From: Flavobacteriaceae bacterium
GTDB lineage: Bacteria > Bacteroidota > Bacteroidia > Flavobacteriales > Flavobacteriaceae
Assembly (NCBI GenBank): GCA_038125995.1
Contig: JAYPEX010000009.1
Location: forward strand, 21,178 to 85,177
DNA: 64,000 nt
Reading direction: 5' to 3'
Shown here one piece after another: positions 37,910 to 48,335 of the stretch. Under the pieces are notes generated by a model. The model saw nothing but the letters and a program-made list of their open reading frames with translations, searched no databases and was not told the origin of the DNA. Position numbers and translations under genes: made by a program. Every line of letters starts with the position of its first letter. The stretch's first letter is position 1.

Positions 37910-38443
37910 ATGAAGGATTCAAGAGCTGCTGTCCGTTATGCAAAAGCTGCACTTGCCCAAGCGAAAGAGGGGAAGCTTGCTGAGGTTGTAGAAAAGGATA
38001 TGTTGAGTATTATCGCAAGCGTTGAAGCGAGCGAGGAACTTTCAGATTTATTAGACAGTCCAACGGTTGCTTCTACAGACAAGCAAAAAGTATTAAAGGC
38101 AGTTTTTAAATCAGCTGATAAAATCACTTTAGATTTGATTGATGTATTGATTCAGAATAAGAGAATTTCTATACTATCAGAAGTAGCTTCAGCTTATGTA
38201 ACTCTTAGTGAATCAGAAAAAGACGAGGTTGTTGTCAACGTGGTAGCCGCAAGCCCACTTTCAAAAGATCTCGAAAATGAAATTATTTCAAAAATGAAAA
38301 GCATCACGGCTAAGAATGTTAGTTTAGCAGTGAGTATAGATGAATCCTTAATCGGAGGATTTGTTCTAAGAGTAGGAGATCTACAATACAATGCCAGTAT
38401 CGCGCATCAATTGGATCAATTAAAAAGAGAATTAACAGCATAG
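37910..38443 (+). CDS. atpH: F0F1 ATP synthase subunit delta (OSCP)
   Basis: 177 aa. Contains RYAKAL...; the C-terminal [16 protein letters not shown] is typical of the delta subunit. Confidence 0.87.
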   Translation: MKDSRAAVRYAKAALAQAKEGKLAEVVEKDMLSIIASVEASEELSDLLDSPTVASTDKQKVLKAVFKSADKITLDLIDVLIQNKRISILSEVASAYVTLSESEKDEVVVNVVAASPLSKDLENEIISKMKSITAKNVSLAVSIDESLIGGFVLRVGDLQYNASIAHQLDQLKRELTA

Positions 38444-38459
38444 TATATATTTTAAAACC

Positions 38460-40037
38460 ATGGCAGGAGTAAAAGCCGCTGAAGTATCAGCAATTTTAAA
38501 GGAACAATTATCAGGATTCAAATCCACTGCATCATTAGATGAGGTGGGTACTGTATTACAAGTAGGGGATGGTATCGCCAGAGTATATGGCTTATCAAAT
38601 GCTCAGTACGGGGAATTAGTTGAATTTGAAGGAGGAGTTAAAGGAATTGTATTAAACCTCGAAGAAGATCATGTTGGGGTGGTATTGCTTTCTCCATCTA
38701 AGGTCATCAAAGAAGGATCTACAGTGAAAAGAACGCAACAAATTGCCTCTGTCAATGTTGGAGAGGGAATCGTTGGTCGCGTTGTAGATACGCTTGGTAA
38801 TCCAATTGATGGTAAAGGTCCTATCGAAGGAGAAACCGTTGAAATGCCATTAGAGCGTAAAGCTCCAGGGGTGATCTTCCGTCAACCAGTAAACGAACCA
38901 CTTCAAACTGGGATTAAAGCTGTTGATGCGATGATTCCTGTAGGTAGAGGACAACGTGAGCTTGTGATTGGTGACCGTCAAACAGGTAAAACAACTGTTT
39001 GTATCGATACCATCATCAACCAAAAAGAATTCTACGATGCTGGTGAGCCAGTATACTGTATCTATGTTGCTGTAGGTCAGAAAGCTTCAACTGTTGCTGC
39101 TATTGCAAAAACACTTGAAGACAAAGGTGCTTTAGCATATACAACAATCGTTGCTGCAAATGCTTCAGATCCTGCTCCAATGCAAGTATATGCTCCATTT
39201 ACGGGTGCTGCGATTGGTGAGTACTTTAGAGACACCGGTCGTCCTGCATTGATTATCTATGATGATTTATCAAAGCAAGCTGTTGCTTACCGTGAGGTAT
39301 CACTTCTACTTAGAAGACCACCGGGACGTGAGGCATATCCTGGAGACGTATTCTACTTACACTCTCGTTTGTTAGAGCGTGCTGCAAAAGTTATCGCTGA
39401 CGATGCTATTGCTAAGAATATGAACGACCTTCCAGAAGGTTTAAAATCAAAAGTAAAAGGAGGAGGCTCTTTAACCGCTCTTCCAATTATTGAAACACAA
39501 GCAGGTGACGTTTCTGCGTATATTCCAACGAACGTAATTTCGATTACTGATGGTCAGATTTTCTTAGAGCAAGACTTGTTCAACCAAGGGGTTCGTCCTG
39601 CGATTAACGTGGGTATTTCGGTATCTCGTGTGGGTGGATCTGCTCAGATTAAATCGATGAAAAAGGTAGCAGGTACCTTAAAATTAGACCAGGCACAATT
39701 TAGAGAGCTTGAAGCTTTTGCTAAGTTTGGATCTGATTTGGATGCTGCAACTTTAAACGTCATTGAAAAAGGACGTCGTAACGTGGAGATCCTAAAACAA
39801 GCTCAAAACGACCCTTATACTGTAGAAGATCAGGTAGCAATTATCTATGCAGGTTCTAAAAACTTATTGAGAACTATTCCTGTGGATCGCGTTAAAGAAT
39901 TCGAAAGAGATTTTATCGAAGTATTGAATTCTAAAAATAGAGACGTATTAGATACTATTAAATCTGGACAATTGACGGATGAGGTGACCGATACACTAAC
40001 TACTGTATGTAAAGATCTCGCTGCTAATTACCAATAA
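38460..40037 (+). CDS. atpA: F0F1 ATP synthase subunit alpha
   Basis: 525 aa with P-loop [22 protein letters not shown] and [13 protein letters not shown]. Confidence 0.97.
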   Translation: MAGVKAAEVSAILKEQLSGFKSTASLDEVGTVLQVGDGIARVYGLSNAQYGELVEFEGGVKGIVLNLEEDHVGVVLLSPSKVIKEGSTVKRTQQIASVNVGEGIVGRVVDTLGNPIDGKGPIEGETVEMPLERKAPGVIFRQPVNEPLQTGIKAVDAMIPVGRGQRELVIGDRQTGKTTVCIDTIINQKEFYDAGEPVYCIYVAVGQKASTVAAIAKTLEDKGALAYTTIVAANASDPAPMQVYAPFTGAAIGEYFRDTGRPALIIYDDLSKQAVAYREVSLLLRRPPGREAYPGDVFYLHSRLLERAAKVIADDAIAKNMNDLPEGLKSKVKGGGSLTALPIIETQAGDVSAYIPTNVISITDGQIFLEQDLFNQGVRPAINVGISVSRVGGSAQIKSMKKVAGTLKLDQAQFRELEAFAKFGSDLDAATLNVIEKGRRNVEILKQAQNDPYTVEDQVAIIYAGSKNLLRTIPVDRVKEFERDFIEVLNSKNRDVLDTIKSGQLTDEVTDTLTTVCKDLAANYQ

Positions 40038-40054
40038 GCTCAAGCTAAATAACA

Positions 40055-40912
40055 ATGGCAAACCTAAAAGAAATACGCAACAGAATCGCTTCGGTTTCAT
40101 CAACCATGCAGATTACCTCTGCCATGAAATTGGTATCGGCTGCAAAGTTGAAAAAAGCTCAAGATGCGATTACTGCGATGCGTCCTTATTCAGACAAACT
40201 CACCTCTTTATTACAAGCGCTTAGTGGTAGTATCGAAGGCTCAAATGCAGCTGTATATGCCCAAGAGCGTGATGTTGAAAAGGTTTTAGTGGTTTCGATT
40301 ACTTCCAACCGCGGTTTGTGTGGAGCGTTTAACACCAATATTATCAAACAATCGTTGCGATTGGCTTCTGAAACCCATAAGGGAGCATCTGTTGATGTTG
40401 TCGCTGTAGGAAAAAAGGCAAACGATTTATTGTCAAAACAATTCAACGTGGTTGCAAACCACTCTGATGTATATGATGATTTGACTTTTGACAATGTTTC
40501 TAAAATCGCTGATCGATTGATGAGTGATTTTGAATCAGGAACTTATGATAAAATCGTTTTGGTGTACAACCAATTTGTCAATGCTGCTAACCAAAATGTG
40601 ATGACAGAACAGTTTTTGCCAATTGTTGCAGCAGAAACAACAACGCAGTCAGCAGACTATATCTTTGAACCTTCTAAGGCAGCAATTGTTTCTGAATTAG
40701 TTCCAAAGGCGTTAAAGACTCAATTGTACAAAGCGATTCGCGATTCTTTTGCTTCTGAGCACGGAGCGCGTATGACCGCAATGCATAAAGCGACTGATAA
40801 CGCAGGTGAACTCAGAGATCAATTGAAGCTCACCTACAACAAAGCACGTCAAGCTGCTATTACCAATGAAATCTTAGAGATTGTTGGTGGAGCAGAGGCC
40901 TTGAGTGCGTAA
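40055..40912 (+). CDS. atpG: F0F1 ATP synthase subunit gamma
   Basis: 285 aa with N-terminal LKEIRNRIASVSSTMQITSAMKLVSAAKL and C-terminal ARQAAITNEILEIVGGAEAL. Confidence 0.94.
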   Translation: MANLKEIRNRIASVSSTMQITSAMKLVSAAKLKKAQDAITAMRPYSDKLTSLLQALSGSIEGSNAAVYAQERDVEKVLVVSITSNRGLCGAFNTNIIKQSLRLASETHKGASVDVVAVGKKANDLLSKQFNVVANHSDVYDDLTFDNVSKIADRLMSDFESGTYDKIVLVYNQFVNAANQNVMTEQFLPIVAAETTTQSADYIFEPSKAAIVSELVPKALKTQLYKAIRDSFASEHGARMTAMHKATDNAGELRDQLKLTYNKARQAAITNEILEIVGGAEALSA

Positions 40913-40936
40913 TTAGCGAATCGATTATAAAATCAT

Positions 40937-40969
40937 AAAACGTGAGTCATCAAAGGCTCACGTTTTTTT
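40937..40969 (+). terminator. intrinsic terminator ending the atp operon after atpG
   Basis: Sequence aaaa-CGTGAGTC-atcaaa-GGCTCACG-ttttttt (8-bp stem including one G-U pair). Confidence 0.75.
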
Positions 40970-40993
40970 GTTATTTTTAATGAATTAAACGAC

Positions 40994-42451
40994 GTGCTAT
41001 TGTTCCCAAAGCTATTTAAACAAACCTTTATCTACGGATTATCGACGGTTCTTCCAAGGATGATGTCCTTTCTGTTGTTACCGCTTTATACAGATGTCTT
41101 AGTGACTTCTGGTTTTGGAGCCGTAACGGTGATCTTTTCTTGGTTTGCGATCTCAAATGTGGTTTTAGCATATGGGATGGAAACAGCTTTTTTTAGATTT
41201 TATCAGCAGGCCAAAGAACCCATTAAAGTACTTTCGACTTCGCTGATGAGTATTTTAATTACTACGTTGGTATTTGTTGTCGTTGCTCTGAATTTTAAAG
41301 CAGCGCTTGCCTCGATGATTCAAGTGAATACCACCATTATTGTACTTGCCATAGGAATCCTTGCTTTGGATGCATTGGTCATCATTCCCTTTGCTCGTTT
41401 AAGAGCTGAAGAAAAGGCAGGAACATACACGCTCATTAAGATTTTAAACGTTGCTATTAACTTAGGACTCAACCTTGTTTTTTTATTGCTCTTTCCAGCA
41501 ATTCACAAGATGGACGCTGCTCTTTTAGAGGGTTTTTACAGAGAGAACTTCGTAATAGAATACATTTTTATATCGAATCTTATAGGGAGCGGTCTAACCC
41601 TATTGCTAGTCCTTGGAACCTATTTGAGTATCCCTTGGAAACTCGATCGTCATCTGATCAAAAAGATGTTGGCTTATGGTTTGCCTATTATGATTGCAGG
41701 AATTGCGTTTACCATCAATGAGGTATTCGACAAAATTTTACTCTCCAGATTGCTGCCTTCGGATATCGCCAATAGTGAAGCGGGTAAGTACGCTGCCTGT
41801 TACAAACTAGCCCTGTTTATGACACTTTTTGCTACGGCCTATCGATTGGGGATTGAACCTTTTTTCTTTGCTCATCTCAAAAACAAAAATCCTCAGAAGG
41901 CCTATGCTCAAATTCTGTACTATTTTGTACTCTTTGGATCGGTTATTTTACTCTCTGTGATTGTCTTCTTAGATTACTTAAAGCAACTAGCCATCTTAAA
42001 TCCCGATTATTGGGAGGCCATGCCCGTTGTTCCAATAATTTTATTGGCAAGTTTTTGTTTGGGAATCTATCACAACCTGTCGGTCTGGTATAAGGTCAGT
42101 GACAAAACACATATTGGAGCCTATATATCGGTTTTTGGAGCACTGATTACCATTGTTGTCAATTTTCTTTTTATTCCTTCTTATGGCTATTATGCTTCTG
42201 CGATTGCAACACTTATGGCCTATGGATCGATGATGATTATTTCGTTTCTACTTGGAAGAAAACACTATTATATCCCTTATGACCTCAAGAGAATAGGAGC
42301 CTACTTTTTTAGTTCTATCTTTTTAGCCTCAGTGGTGTTTTACGGTTTTTCAAACGATTTAAAAATAGGGCTTCCAATCCTGAGTTTATTTGTAGTTTTA
42401 CTGTATATTTTTGAACGCAAAACACTAAAAAAGCACTTTTTAAAAGCATGA
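40994..42451 (+). CDS. MOP-superfamily polysaccharide/oligosaccharide flippase (Wzx-like)
   Basis: 485 aa with about 12-14 TM helices. The N-terminal [21 protein letters not shown] is typical of polysaccharide biosynthesis (flippase) proteins. The GTG start is uncertain. Confidence 0.7.
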   Translation: MLLFPKLFKQTFIYGLSTVLPRMMSFLLLPLYTDVLVTSGFGAVTVIFSWFAISNVVLAYGMETAFFRFYQQAKEPIKVLSTSLMSILITTLVFVVVALNFKAALASMIQVNTTIIVLAIGILALDALVIIPFARLRAEEKAGTYTLIKILNVAINLGLNLVFLLLFPAIHKMDAALLEGFYRENFVIEYIFISNLIGSGLTLLLVLGTYLSIPWKLDRHLIKKMLAYGLPIMIAGIAFTINEVFDKILLSRLLPSDIANSEAGKYAACYKLALFMTLFATAYRLGIEPFFFAHLKNKNPQKAYAQILYYFVLFGSVILLSVIVFLDYLKQLAILNPDYWEAMPVVPIILLASFCLGIYHNLSVWYKVSDKTHIGAYISVFGALITIVVNFLFIPSYGYYASAIATLMAYGSMMIISFLLGRKHYYIPYDLKRIGAYFFSSIFLASVVFYGFSNDLKIGLPILSLFVVLLYIFERKTLKKHFLKA

Positions 42452-42882
42452 AAATTCAGATCGTTAATAAGTCTAAACACCTATTACCCTCCTATGAAAC
42501 CCTAGCTTCTGCTGGGATGGATCTCAGAGCTAATTTAGAAGCCCCAGTGCTCTTACAGCCTCTGGAGAGAGCCATAATTCCAACAGGACTTTACATCGCT
42601 TTAGAACCAGGTTATGAGGCACAGGTGCGACCTCGTTCGGGCTTGGCTGCCAAGAAGGGAATAACAGTGCTCAACGCCCCTGGAACAGTAGATGCCGATT
42701 ACAGAGGTGATATTGGTGTGATTCTTGTGAACTTGTCTAGTGAAGCTTTTGAAGTTTGTGACGGAGATCGAATCGCTCAATTAGTTATTGCAAAACACGA
42801 GCGCGCTGATTGGGTTGAGGTTGAAGTCCTCAGCGAAACCGATCGCGGTCAAGGAGGCTTTGGATCTACCGGTGTAAAATAA
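42448..42882 (+). CDS. dut: dUTP diphosphatase
   Basis: 144 aa with AGMDLRA, PRSGLA, DADYRG and C-terminal [10 protein letters not shown]. Confidence 0.94.
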   Translation: MKIQIVNKSKHLLPSYETLASAGMDLRANLEAPVLLQPLERAIIPTGLYIALEPGYEAQVRPRSGLAAKKGITVLNAPGTVDADYRGDIGVILVNLSSEAFEVCDGDRIAQLVIAKHERADWVEVEVLSETDRGQGGFGSTGVK

Positions 42883-42887
42883 AAATT

Positions 42888-43661
42888 ATGAGACAACTCA
42901 TCTTGGCATTATCGCTTCTTATGGTGCTCTCCTCCTGTGGTAGTCGGAAAATTAAGACGACTCCTGGGGTGGCATTGGTCGCTCTATCTCCTAGATTAAT
43001 CATTAAAGAACACGGAGAGATCAACCGAGAATTCAACAGTTTAAGTGGTCGAATGAAAATTGAGTTAGATGCAGGGGATAAAATTACTTCTGTTCCGGCC
43101 AGTTTTCGAATGATAAAAGACCAGGGGATTTGGATCTCAGCATTTTTTGGACTGGCGAAAGCACTAATCACCCCTGAGGAAGTCTCCTTCTATACCTCAA
43201 CTAATAAAACCTTTTTTAAAGGTACTTTTGAGCAGTTTAGCGCCCTTGTTGGAACAGAGCTCAATTACGATTTACTACAGCGTTTTCTCTTGGGATATAC
43301 CGCTGTAGAACTCAAAGCACAGCGCTCCTTATGGGAAGTAACTAATAATTTCTATCGCTATGCAATGTTCGACAAAAAAGACCGCTTTAAGCTCCATATC
43401 GATATTGAACCTGGAAGTTATCAACTCAAAAACACGATCATTAGTGAAGGTTCAGGCGAAGGTAGTATCAAAATAGAGTATTTAGGATATCAGAATATCG
43501 ATGGCGTAAGTATTCCTGAGCACCTCAGATTATCCGCAGAGGCGAAGCAATTTAACTCAAGTCTCGATATCGAATACAAAAATCTCAGTCTCAACCGTCA
43601 ATTGAAATTCCCCTATAAGATTCCAGAAGGCTATAAAGAATTAAAACTCATCAATGATTAG
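42888..43661 (+). CDS. lipoprotein of unknown function (DUF4292/LolB-like)
   Basis: 257 aa with lipobox VLSSC. The family name is from memory of conserved dut-adjacent Bacteroidetes genes and is uncertain. Confidence 0.45.
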   Translation: MRQLILALSLLMVLSSCGSRKIKTTPGVALVALSPRLIIKEHGEINREFNSLSGRMKIELDAGDKITSVPASFRMIKDQGIWISAFFGLAKALITPEEVSFYTSTNKTFFKGTFEQFSALVGTELNYDLLQRFLLGYTAVELKAQRSLWEVTNNFYRYAMFDKKDRFKLHIDIEPGSYQLKNTIISEGSGEGSIKIEYLGYQNIDGVSIPEHLRLSAEAKQFNSSLDIEYKNLSLNRQLKFPYKIPEGYKELKLIND

Positions 43662-44892
43662 AGTACTCCCATACCGATTGATTTTGATGTTATTTCTTTT
43701 GGGAACGGGAATGCTAATGGCTCAATCGAATCAGCAGAAAAAACTGGAAGAAGAGCGAACGAGCCTTCAAAATGAGATTGCTCAAATCGAAAAACTACTC
43801 TTTAGTACTGGGAAAAAAGAAAAGAGTTTTGAAGATGAGATCGAAGATTTGAATCGCAAAATCAGTGTTCGAGAACAACTCATTCGAGTGACCAATCAAC
43901 AGGCTAATAGCATTAACAAAGCGATTGAAAAAGAAGAATTAACGGTTGGCTCTTTAGAGAAAGAAATTCAGATCCTAAAAAAAGATTATGCAGCGATGAT
44001 CAAGCGGTCCTATATTTCTAAATCCAAGCAAAGTAGACTGATGTTTTTGCTTTCTTCAAAGAACTTTTATCAGGCCTATAAACGAATGCAATACTTAAAG
44101 CAATTTGCTCTGTATCGCAAAAAACAAGCCCTTCAAATCAGTTCTAAATCGGAAGAATTACTCAAAAAGATAGAAGTCTTAAGAAGTCAAAAAAAACAAA
44201 AGGAGGTATTGTTGGCCGAGAACAGAACAGAACGTTCTACTCTTGTAAAGGAAAAAGGAAACCTTCAAAATTCGCTAGGATCTATTCGAAAGAACAAAAC
44301 AAAATACCAACGAGAAATCGCTCAAAAGACCAAGAGATCTAAGGCTATTGACGCTCAGATCGAAAAGATGATTAAAGAAGCCATTGCAGCTGCTAATAAG
44401 AAAAAGGAGGCTGCTGCAAAAAACACATCTAATACTTCTAATGGTTTTGTGTTGACTGCTGAGACTAAAAGAGTCGCTAGTGACTTTGAAGCCAACAAAG
44501 GAAAGCTCATTTGGCCAGTAGCCAAAGGAATTGTCAAAAGAGGGTTTGGAGTTTATACGGATCCTGTCTACCCAGAGATCAAACACCAAAATAACGGAGT
44601 TATTATCGCAACAGAAGCCAATGCAGAGGCTCGATCTATATTTAAAGGAGAGGTCGTTGCTATACTGAGAGTTCCAGGAGGAGGATTAGGTGTCCAAGTT
44701 CGACACGGAAACTACATCAGTACCTATTACAACCTAAAAAGTGTTACTGTGAGCAAGGGAGATCAAGTAGTAGAGAAGACTCCTTTGGGAATTGTCAGCA
44801 CGAATGCATTTAATGGACAAACACAGCTCAAATTCTACCTCTATCAAAACACGACAAAACTCAATCCACAGCAGTGGATCTACAAACTGTAA
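43654..44892 (+). CDS. murein hydrolase activator EnvC-like protein (coiled-coil plus degenerate M23/LytM domain)
   Basis: 412 aa: a signal peptide, a long Gln/Lys/Glu coiled-coil, and a C-terminal LytM-like domain (VRHGNYISTYYNL) lacking a clear HxH motif. Confidence 0.72.
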   Translation: MIRVLPYRLILMLFLLGTGMLMAQSNQQKKLEEERTSLQNEIAQIEKLLFSTGKKEKSFEDEIEDLNRKISVREQLIRVTNQQANSINKAIEKEELTVGSLEKEIQILKKDYAAMIKRSYISKSKQSRLMFLLSSKNFYQAYKRMQYLKQFALYRKKQALQISSKSEELLKKIEVLRSQKKQKEVLLAENRTERSTLVKEKGNLQNSLGSIRKNKTKYQREIAQKTKRSKAIDAQIEKMIKEAIAAANKKKEAAAKNTSNTSNGFVLTAETKRVASDFEANKGKLIWPVAKGIVKRGFGVYTDPVYPEIKHQNNGVIIATEANAEARSIFKGEVVAILRVPGGGLGVQVRHGNYISTYYNLKSVTVSKGDQVVEKTPLGIVSTNAFNGQTQLKFYLYQNTTKLNPQQWIYKL

Positions 44893-44918
44893 TAATACCT
44901 TTACTTAAACGATTAACG

Positions 44919-45434
44919 ATGAAGCCAAAAAAACCCTCGGAATCTAGAACAATCATGACCGATATGGTCTTGCCAAGTGAAACCAATCCTCTCAACAATT
45001 TGTTTGGCGGAGAGCTCTTGGCTCGAATGGATCGTGCAGCGAGTATATCAGCGAGAAGACACTCTCGAAGAATTACAGTGACAGCATCTGTAAACCACGT
45101 TGCATTTAATAGAGCAGTTCCTTTAGGATCGGTAGTTACTGTAGAAGCAGCTGTTTCTAGAGCCTTTAAAACTTCAATGGAAGTGTTTATCGATGTTTGG
45201 ATTGAAGATCGTTATACCGGTGAGCGCACTAAGGCTAATGAAGCGATCTACACCTTTGTAGCAGTTGATGACACAGGAAAACCTACCGAGGTGCCAGAAC
45301 TTCAGCCTGAAACAGCTTTAGAAAAAGAGCGTTATGAAGCTGCACTAAGACGCAAGCAACTCTCTTTGGTACTCGCCAAAAAGATGAAGCCATCTGAAGC
45401 TACTGAATTAAAAGCGCTTTTTAAAGAGGATTAA
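44919..45434 (+). CDS. acyl-CoA thioesterase (hotdog fold, YciA-like)
   Basis: Taken from the internal Met. Contains MVLPSETNPLNNLFGGELLARMD...VTASV typical of hotdog thioesterases. Confidence 0.75.
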   Translation: MKPKKPSESRTIMTDMVLPSETNPLNNLFGGELLARMDRAASISARRHSRRITVTASVNHVAFNRAVPLGSVVTVEAAVSRAFKTSMEVFIDVWIEDRYTGERTKANEAIYTFVAVDDTGKPTEVPELQPETALEKERYEAALRRKQLSLVLAKKMKPSEATELKALFKED

Positions 45435-46358
45435 TTACTTTACAAGTAACCATGCAGATTCATTTCCATTTGCTCTAACAGTTGCAAGAAATGTTCTCGC
45501 TTCAAGTTCTCCGACGAAAGCATTGAGGCCTACTTGGTACAATCCAAAAGGATTTTGACCGATAATTTCTGTAGCGTCGAAGCCTTTCTTTTTGAGTTTC
45601 TCGATGTGAGCTAAGGCATTTTCTTCTTTGATGAACGACCCAGCGATAACAAAGTAGTGCATTTCAGCTTTTGGAATACTCACCTCAACCTCTAACGCAG
45701 GCAAATCTACTGGGTTATCACTAAAAAAGCTCGCTTCCTGAATTGTTTTTTCAATCGTTTCTTGTGCTATTTTAGCTGCTAAAACACTGTTATTCTCATA
45801 TGAAGAACGCAGTTGAAGACCACCTAAAGCAGTACTGATTGCAATTAAACCTACTGCAGCGTATTTCAATAGTGATTTTCCTATCTTGAAGTCAGCTTGT
45901 GATTCAGGGGTTAATGGACGAACAATAGGCTGAGTAGCTTTCTCAATAAGAGTTGCATTTACTGGAGCAAGCCCAAAAGAACTGTTGAGGTAATTGTGAT
46001 GATTATATGGATGAAAGACGATATGCCCCTCATCGTTTTTTGAAATGAGACCTATATGCTCTAAATCGAGACTGTGACCATTGGCTAAATCAGCTTTCCA
46101 CTGATTGACAATTCTTGTTAATTGCTCTTGTGCTTGATCGTATGAACATCCTTGAATGGTAGCAATATAGCTCACTAATACTCCGTCAGAAGTCTGAAGT
46201 TGTCCATTAAAAGACAATGCTTTTGAAGGAGGGTAAAACGACTGTGTTTGTGGGTTGTAATAGGCAGCTATTTTTCTAGTCAAAAATGCTCCGAATTCAG
46301 GGACAACAACACAGTGGTGTCTGTAAAGTAAAGGCGCTATATGCTGTTCTAATCGCAT
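45435..46358 (-). CDS. HU-like N-terminal domain / C-terminal SPOR domain protein
   Basis: 307 aa. The N-terminus (VVVPEFGAFLTRK) resembles the HU-CCDC81-like fold, followed by a central TM segment. The C-terminal SPOR-like block is YFVIAGSFIKEENALAHIEKLKKKGFDA. Confidence 0.65.
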   Translation of the reverse strand: MRLEQHIAPLLYRHHCVVVPEFGAFLTRKIAAYYNPQTQSFYPPSKALSFNGQLQTSDGVLVSYIATIQGCSYDQAQEQLTRIVNQWKADLANGHSLDLEHIGLISKNDEGHIVFHPYNHHNYLNSSFGLAPVNATLIEKATQPIVRPLTPESQADFKIGKSLLKYAAVGLIAISTALGGLQLRSSYENNSVLAAKIAQETIEKTIQEASFFSDNPVDLPALEVEVSIPKAEMHYFVIAGSFIKEENALAHIEKLKKKGFDATEIIGQNPFGLYQVGLNAFVGELEARTFLATVRANGNESAWLLVK

Positions 46359-46452
46359 TGATATCGTTTGGTTTTGGGTTCAAAATGATTTGGGAAGAGT
46401 AAATGTAAGAATATTTTTAGTAAAAAAGATGCAAACAAACGGTAAAAATAAG

Positions 46453-47319
46453 ATGGAACAAGAGCTTCTATCTCTTGTGAGATTACATATCATTCCAAAA
46501 ATTAGTCCTCTAAAAGCAATGCGTTTATATAAAAAATATAAATCAGCTACAGCTATCTTTGAAAGCGAGCTTCATAAGCTCCATTTTAAAGACTTATATC
46601 AGGAAGTCGATTTCTTTTCAAAAACCCATTTAGATCGAGCGACGACTGTTTTAGAGGAGGCTAAAAACAGCAACCACCAACTAATGGGTTACGGCCAAAA
46701 GGGATATCCTTCGCTGTTGATGGAATGCGAAGACGCCCCCTTGATCTTATTTGCATCGGGATCGATTCATTGGAATACCCAGAGATGGATCTCAGTTGTG
46801 GGGACTAGAAACCCAAGCCCTCAAGCTTTGAAATTAGTTGAGAAACTGATCAGAGAACTAGCCCCTTACCAACCTACAATCGTATCGGGACTGGCCTATG
46901 GTATTGATGTTGCAGCACATAAAGCGGCCCTTAAATACGATGTATAAACCATTGGTTGTATGGCACATGGTCTTCAAAGAACCTATCCTTTCGCTCATTC
47001 ACAGATCAGAAAAGAAATGGAAAAAAGAGGAGGAGTTATCTCTGAGTTTCTTCCAAAGGAAACAGCGCTTCCGTATAAATTCGTTCAACGAAATCGGATT
47101 ATTGCAGGACTCACAAAAGCGACCATTGTGGTGGAATCACCTCTCAAAGGAGGAAGTTTGATTAAGGCTGATTTAGCGAATTCTTACCATAGAGAAGTCT
47201 ATGCTTTCCCTTCGAGTTGCAGTTATCCGCATCAGGGCTGCAATCACCTTATAAGAGATCCTAAAGCACAATTAATCAGTAACGCTCAGGACCTCGTTCA
47301 GTTTTTAGGTTGGGATTAG
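46453..47319 (+). pseudogene. dprA: DNA-processing protein DprA (Smf) interrupted by one in-frame TAA (46945-46947)
   Basis: ORFs 46390-46947 and 46960-47319 are in the same frame. The conserved DprA blocks run straight across the stop: GTRNPS...GLAYGIDVAAHKAALKYDV*TIGCMAHGLQRTYP...RNRIIAGL...VVES..KGGSL. The 5' start is uncertain (46429 or 46453). Confidence 0.8.
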
Positions 47320-48284
47320 TATCCGAGTTTGCTTCTCACTCTTGAGAGTACTTCATTGGCAACAGTAGCAGCTTTTTCAGCCCCTAAGGCAAGTGCTTTG
47401 TCAATTTCAGATTTGTTGTTCATATAGAACTTAAACTTCTCTCTAGGCTCCTTGAACAGCTCCATAATCAGCTCAAATAACGCTTGTTTGGCATGTCCAT
47501 ATCCGTAATTACCGCCTAAGTAATTCGCTTTCATCTGAGTGATTTGTTCTTCGCTTGCTAACACTTTATACAAAGCAAAAACAGGGCAGGTTTGTGGATC
47601 CTTAGGATCTTCCATTGGAGTGGAATCCGTTTGAATACCCATGATTTGTTTTCTGAGTTTTTTCTCAGGTAAAAAGATATTGATCGTATTGTTTTTACTC
47701 TTGCTCATCTTAGCGCCATCAGTACCTGTGATGTACATGGAAGATTCCTGAATCTTTGCTTCAGGCATTACAAAACATTCCCCAAACTTATTGTGAAAAC
47801 GAGAAGCCACATCACGGGTCATTTCTAAATGCTGTAATTGGTCTTTACCCACTGGAACAAATTCTGCATCGTAGAGTAAGATGTCTGCAGCCATGAGCAT
47901 TGGGTAGGTAAACAAACCGGCGTTGACATCTTCAAGACGATCCGCCTTATCTTTAAAAGAATGTGCCAAGGTCAATCGTTGATAAGGAAAAAAACAGCTT
48001 AAATACCAAGAGAGCTCAGTCGTTTGAGGTAGGTCCGACTGCTTGTAAAACACCGTCTTTTCAATATCTAAACCAAAAGCCAGCCAAGTAGCCGCAGTAG
48101 CATAGGTGTTTTCTTTGAGCAATGCTGCATCTTTAATTTGAGTTAGCGAGTGGAGATCAGCTATAAAGAGAAAGGATTCGTTTTTTGGATCTTTTGCCAT
48201 TTCAATTGCCGGCATAATAGCTCCTAAAATATTTCCTAAATGCGGCGTTCCTGTGGACTGAATTCCCGTTAATATTCTTGACAT
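47316..48284 (-). CDS. trpS: tryptophan--tRNA ligase
   Basis: Taken from the internal Met (MSRILTGIQSTGTPHLGN), with a KMSKS loop (GAKMSKSK). Confidence 0.93.
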   Translation of the reverse strand: MSRILTGIQSTGTPHLGNILGAIMPAIEMAKDPKNESFLFIADLHSLTQIKDAALLKENTYATAATWLAFGLDIEKTVFYKQSDLPQTTELSWYLSCFFPYQRLTLAHSFKDKADRLEDVNAGLFTYPMLMAADILLYDAEFVPVGKDQLQHLEMTRDVASRFHNKFGECFVMPEAKIQESSMYITGTDGAKMSKSKNNTINIFLPEKKLRKQIMGIQTDSTPMEDPKDPQTCPVFALYKVLASEEQITQMKANYLGGNYGYGHAKQALFELIMELFKEPREKFKFYMNNKSEIDKALALGAEKAATVANEVLSRVRSKLGY

Positions 48285-48335
48285 ATATCTATAAATTATC
48301 AGGCCAAAGATACAAATTAGTATATTTAATTTAAG

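Noticed and set aside
46898-47161. 87-aa ORF in a different frame spanning the dprA break, considered as evidence for a frameshift or programmed frameshifting
   Set aside because: Both dprA halves are in the same frame, and the conserved motif continues in that frame immediately after the TAA. The out-of-frame ORF has no DprA-like sequence and is a by-product.
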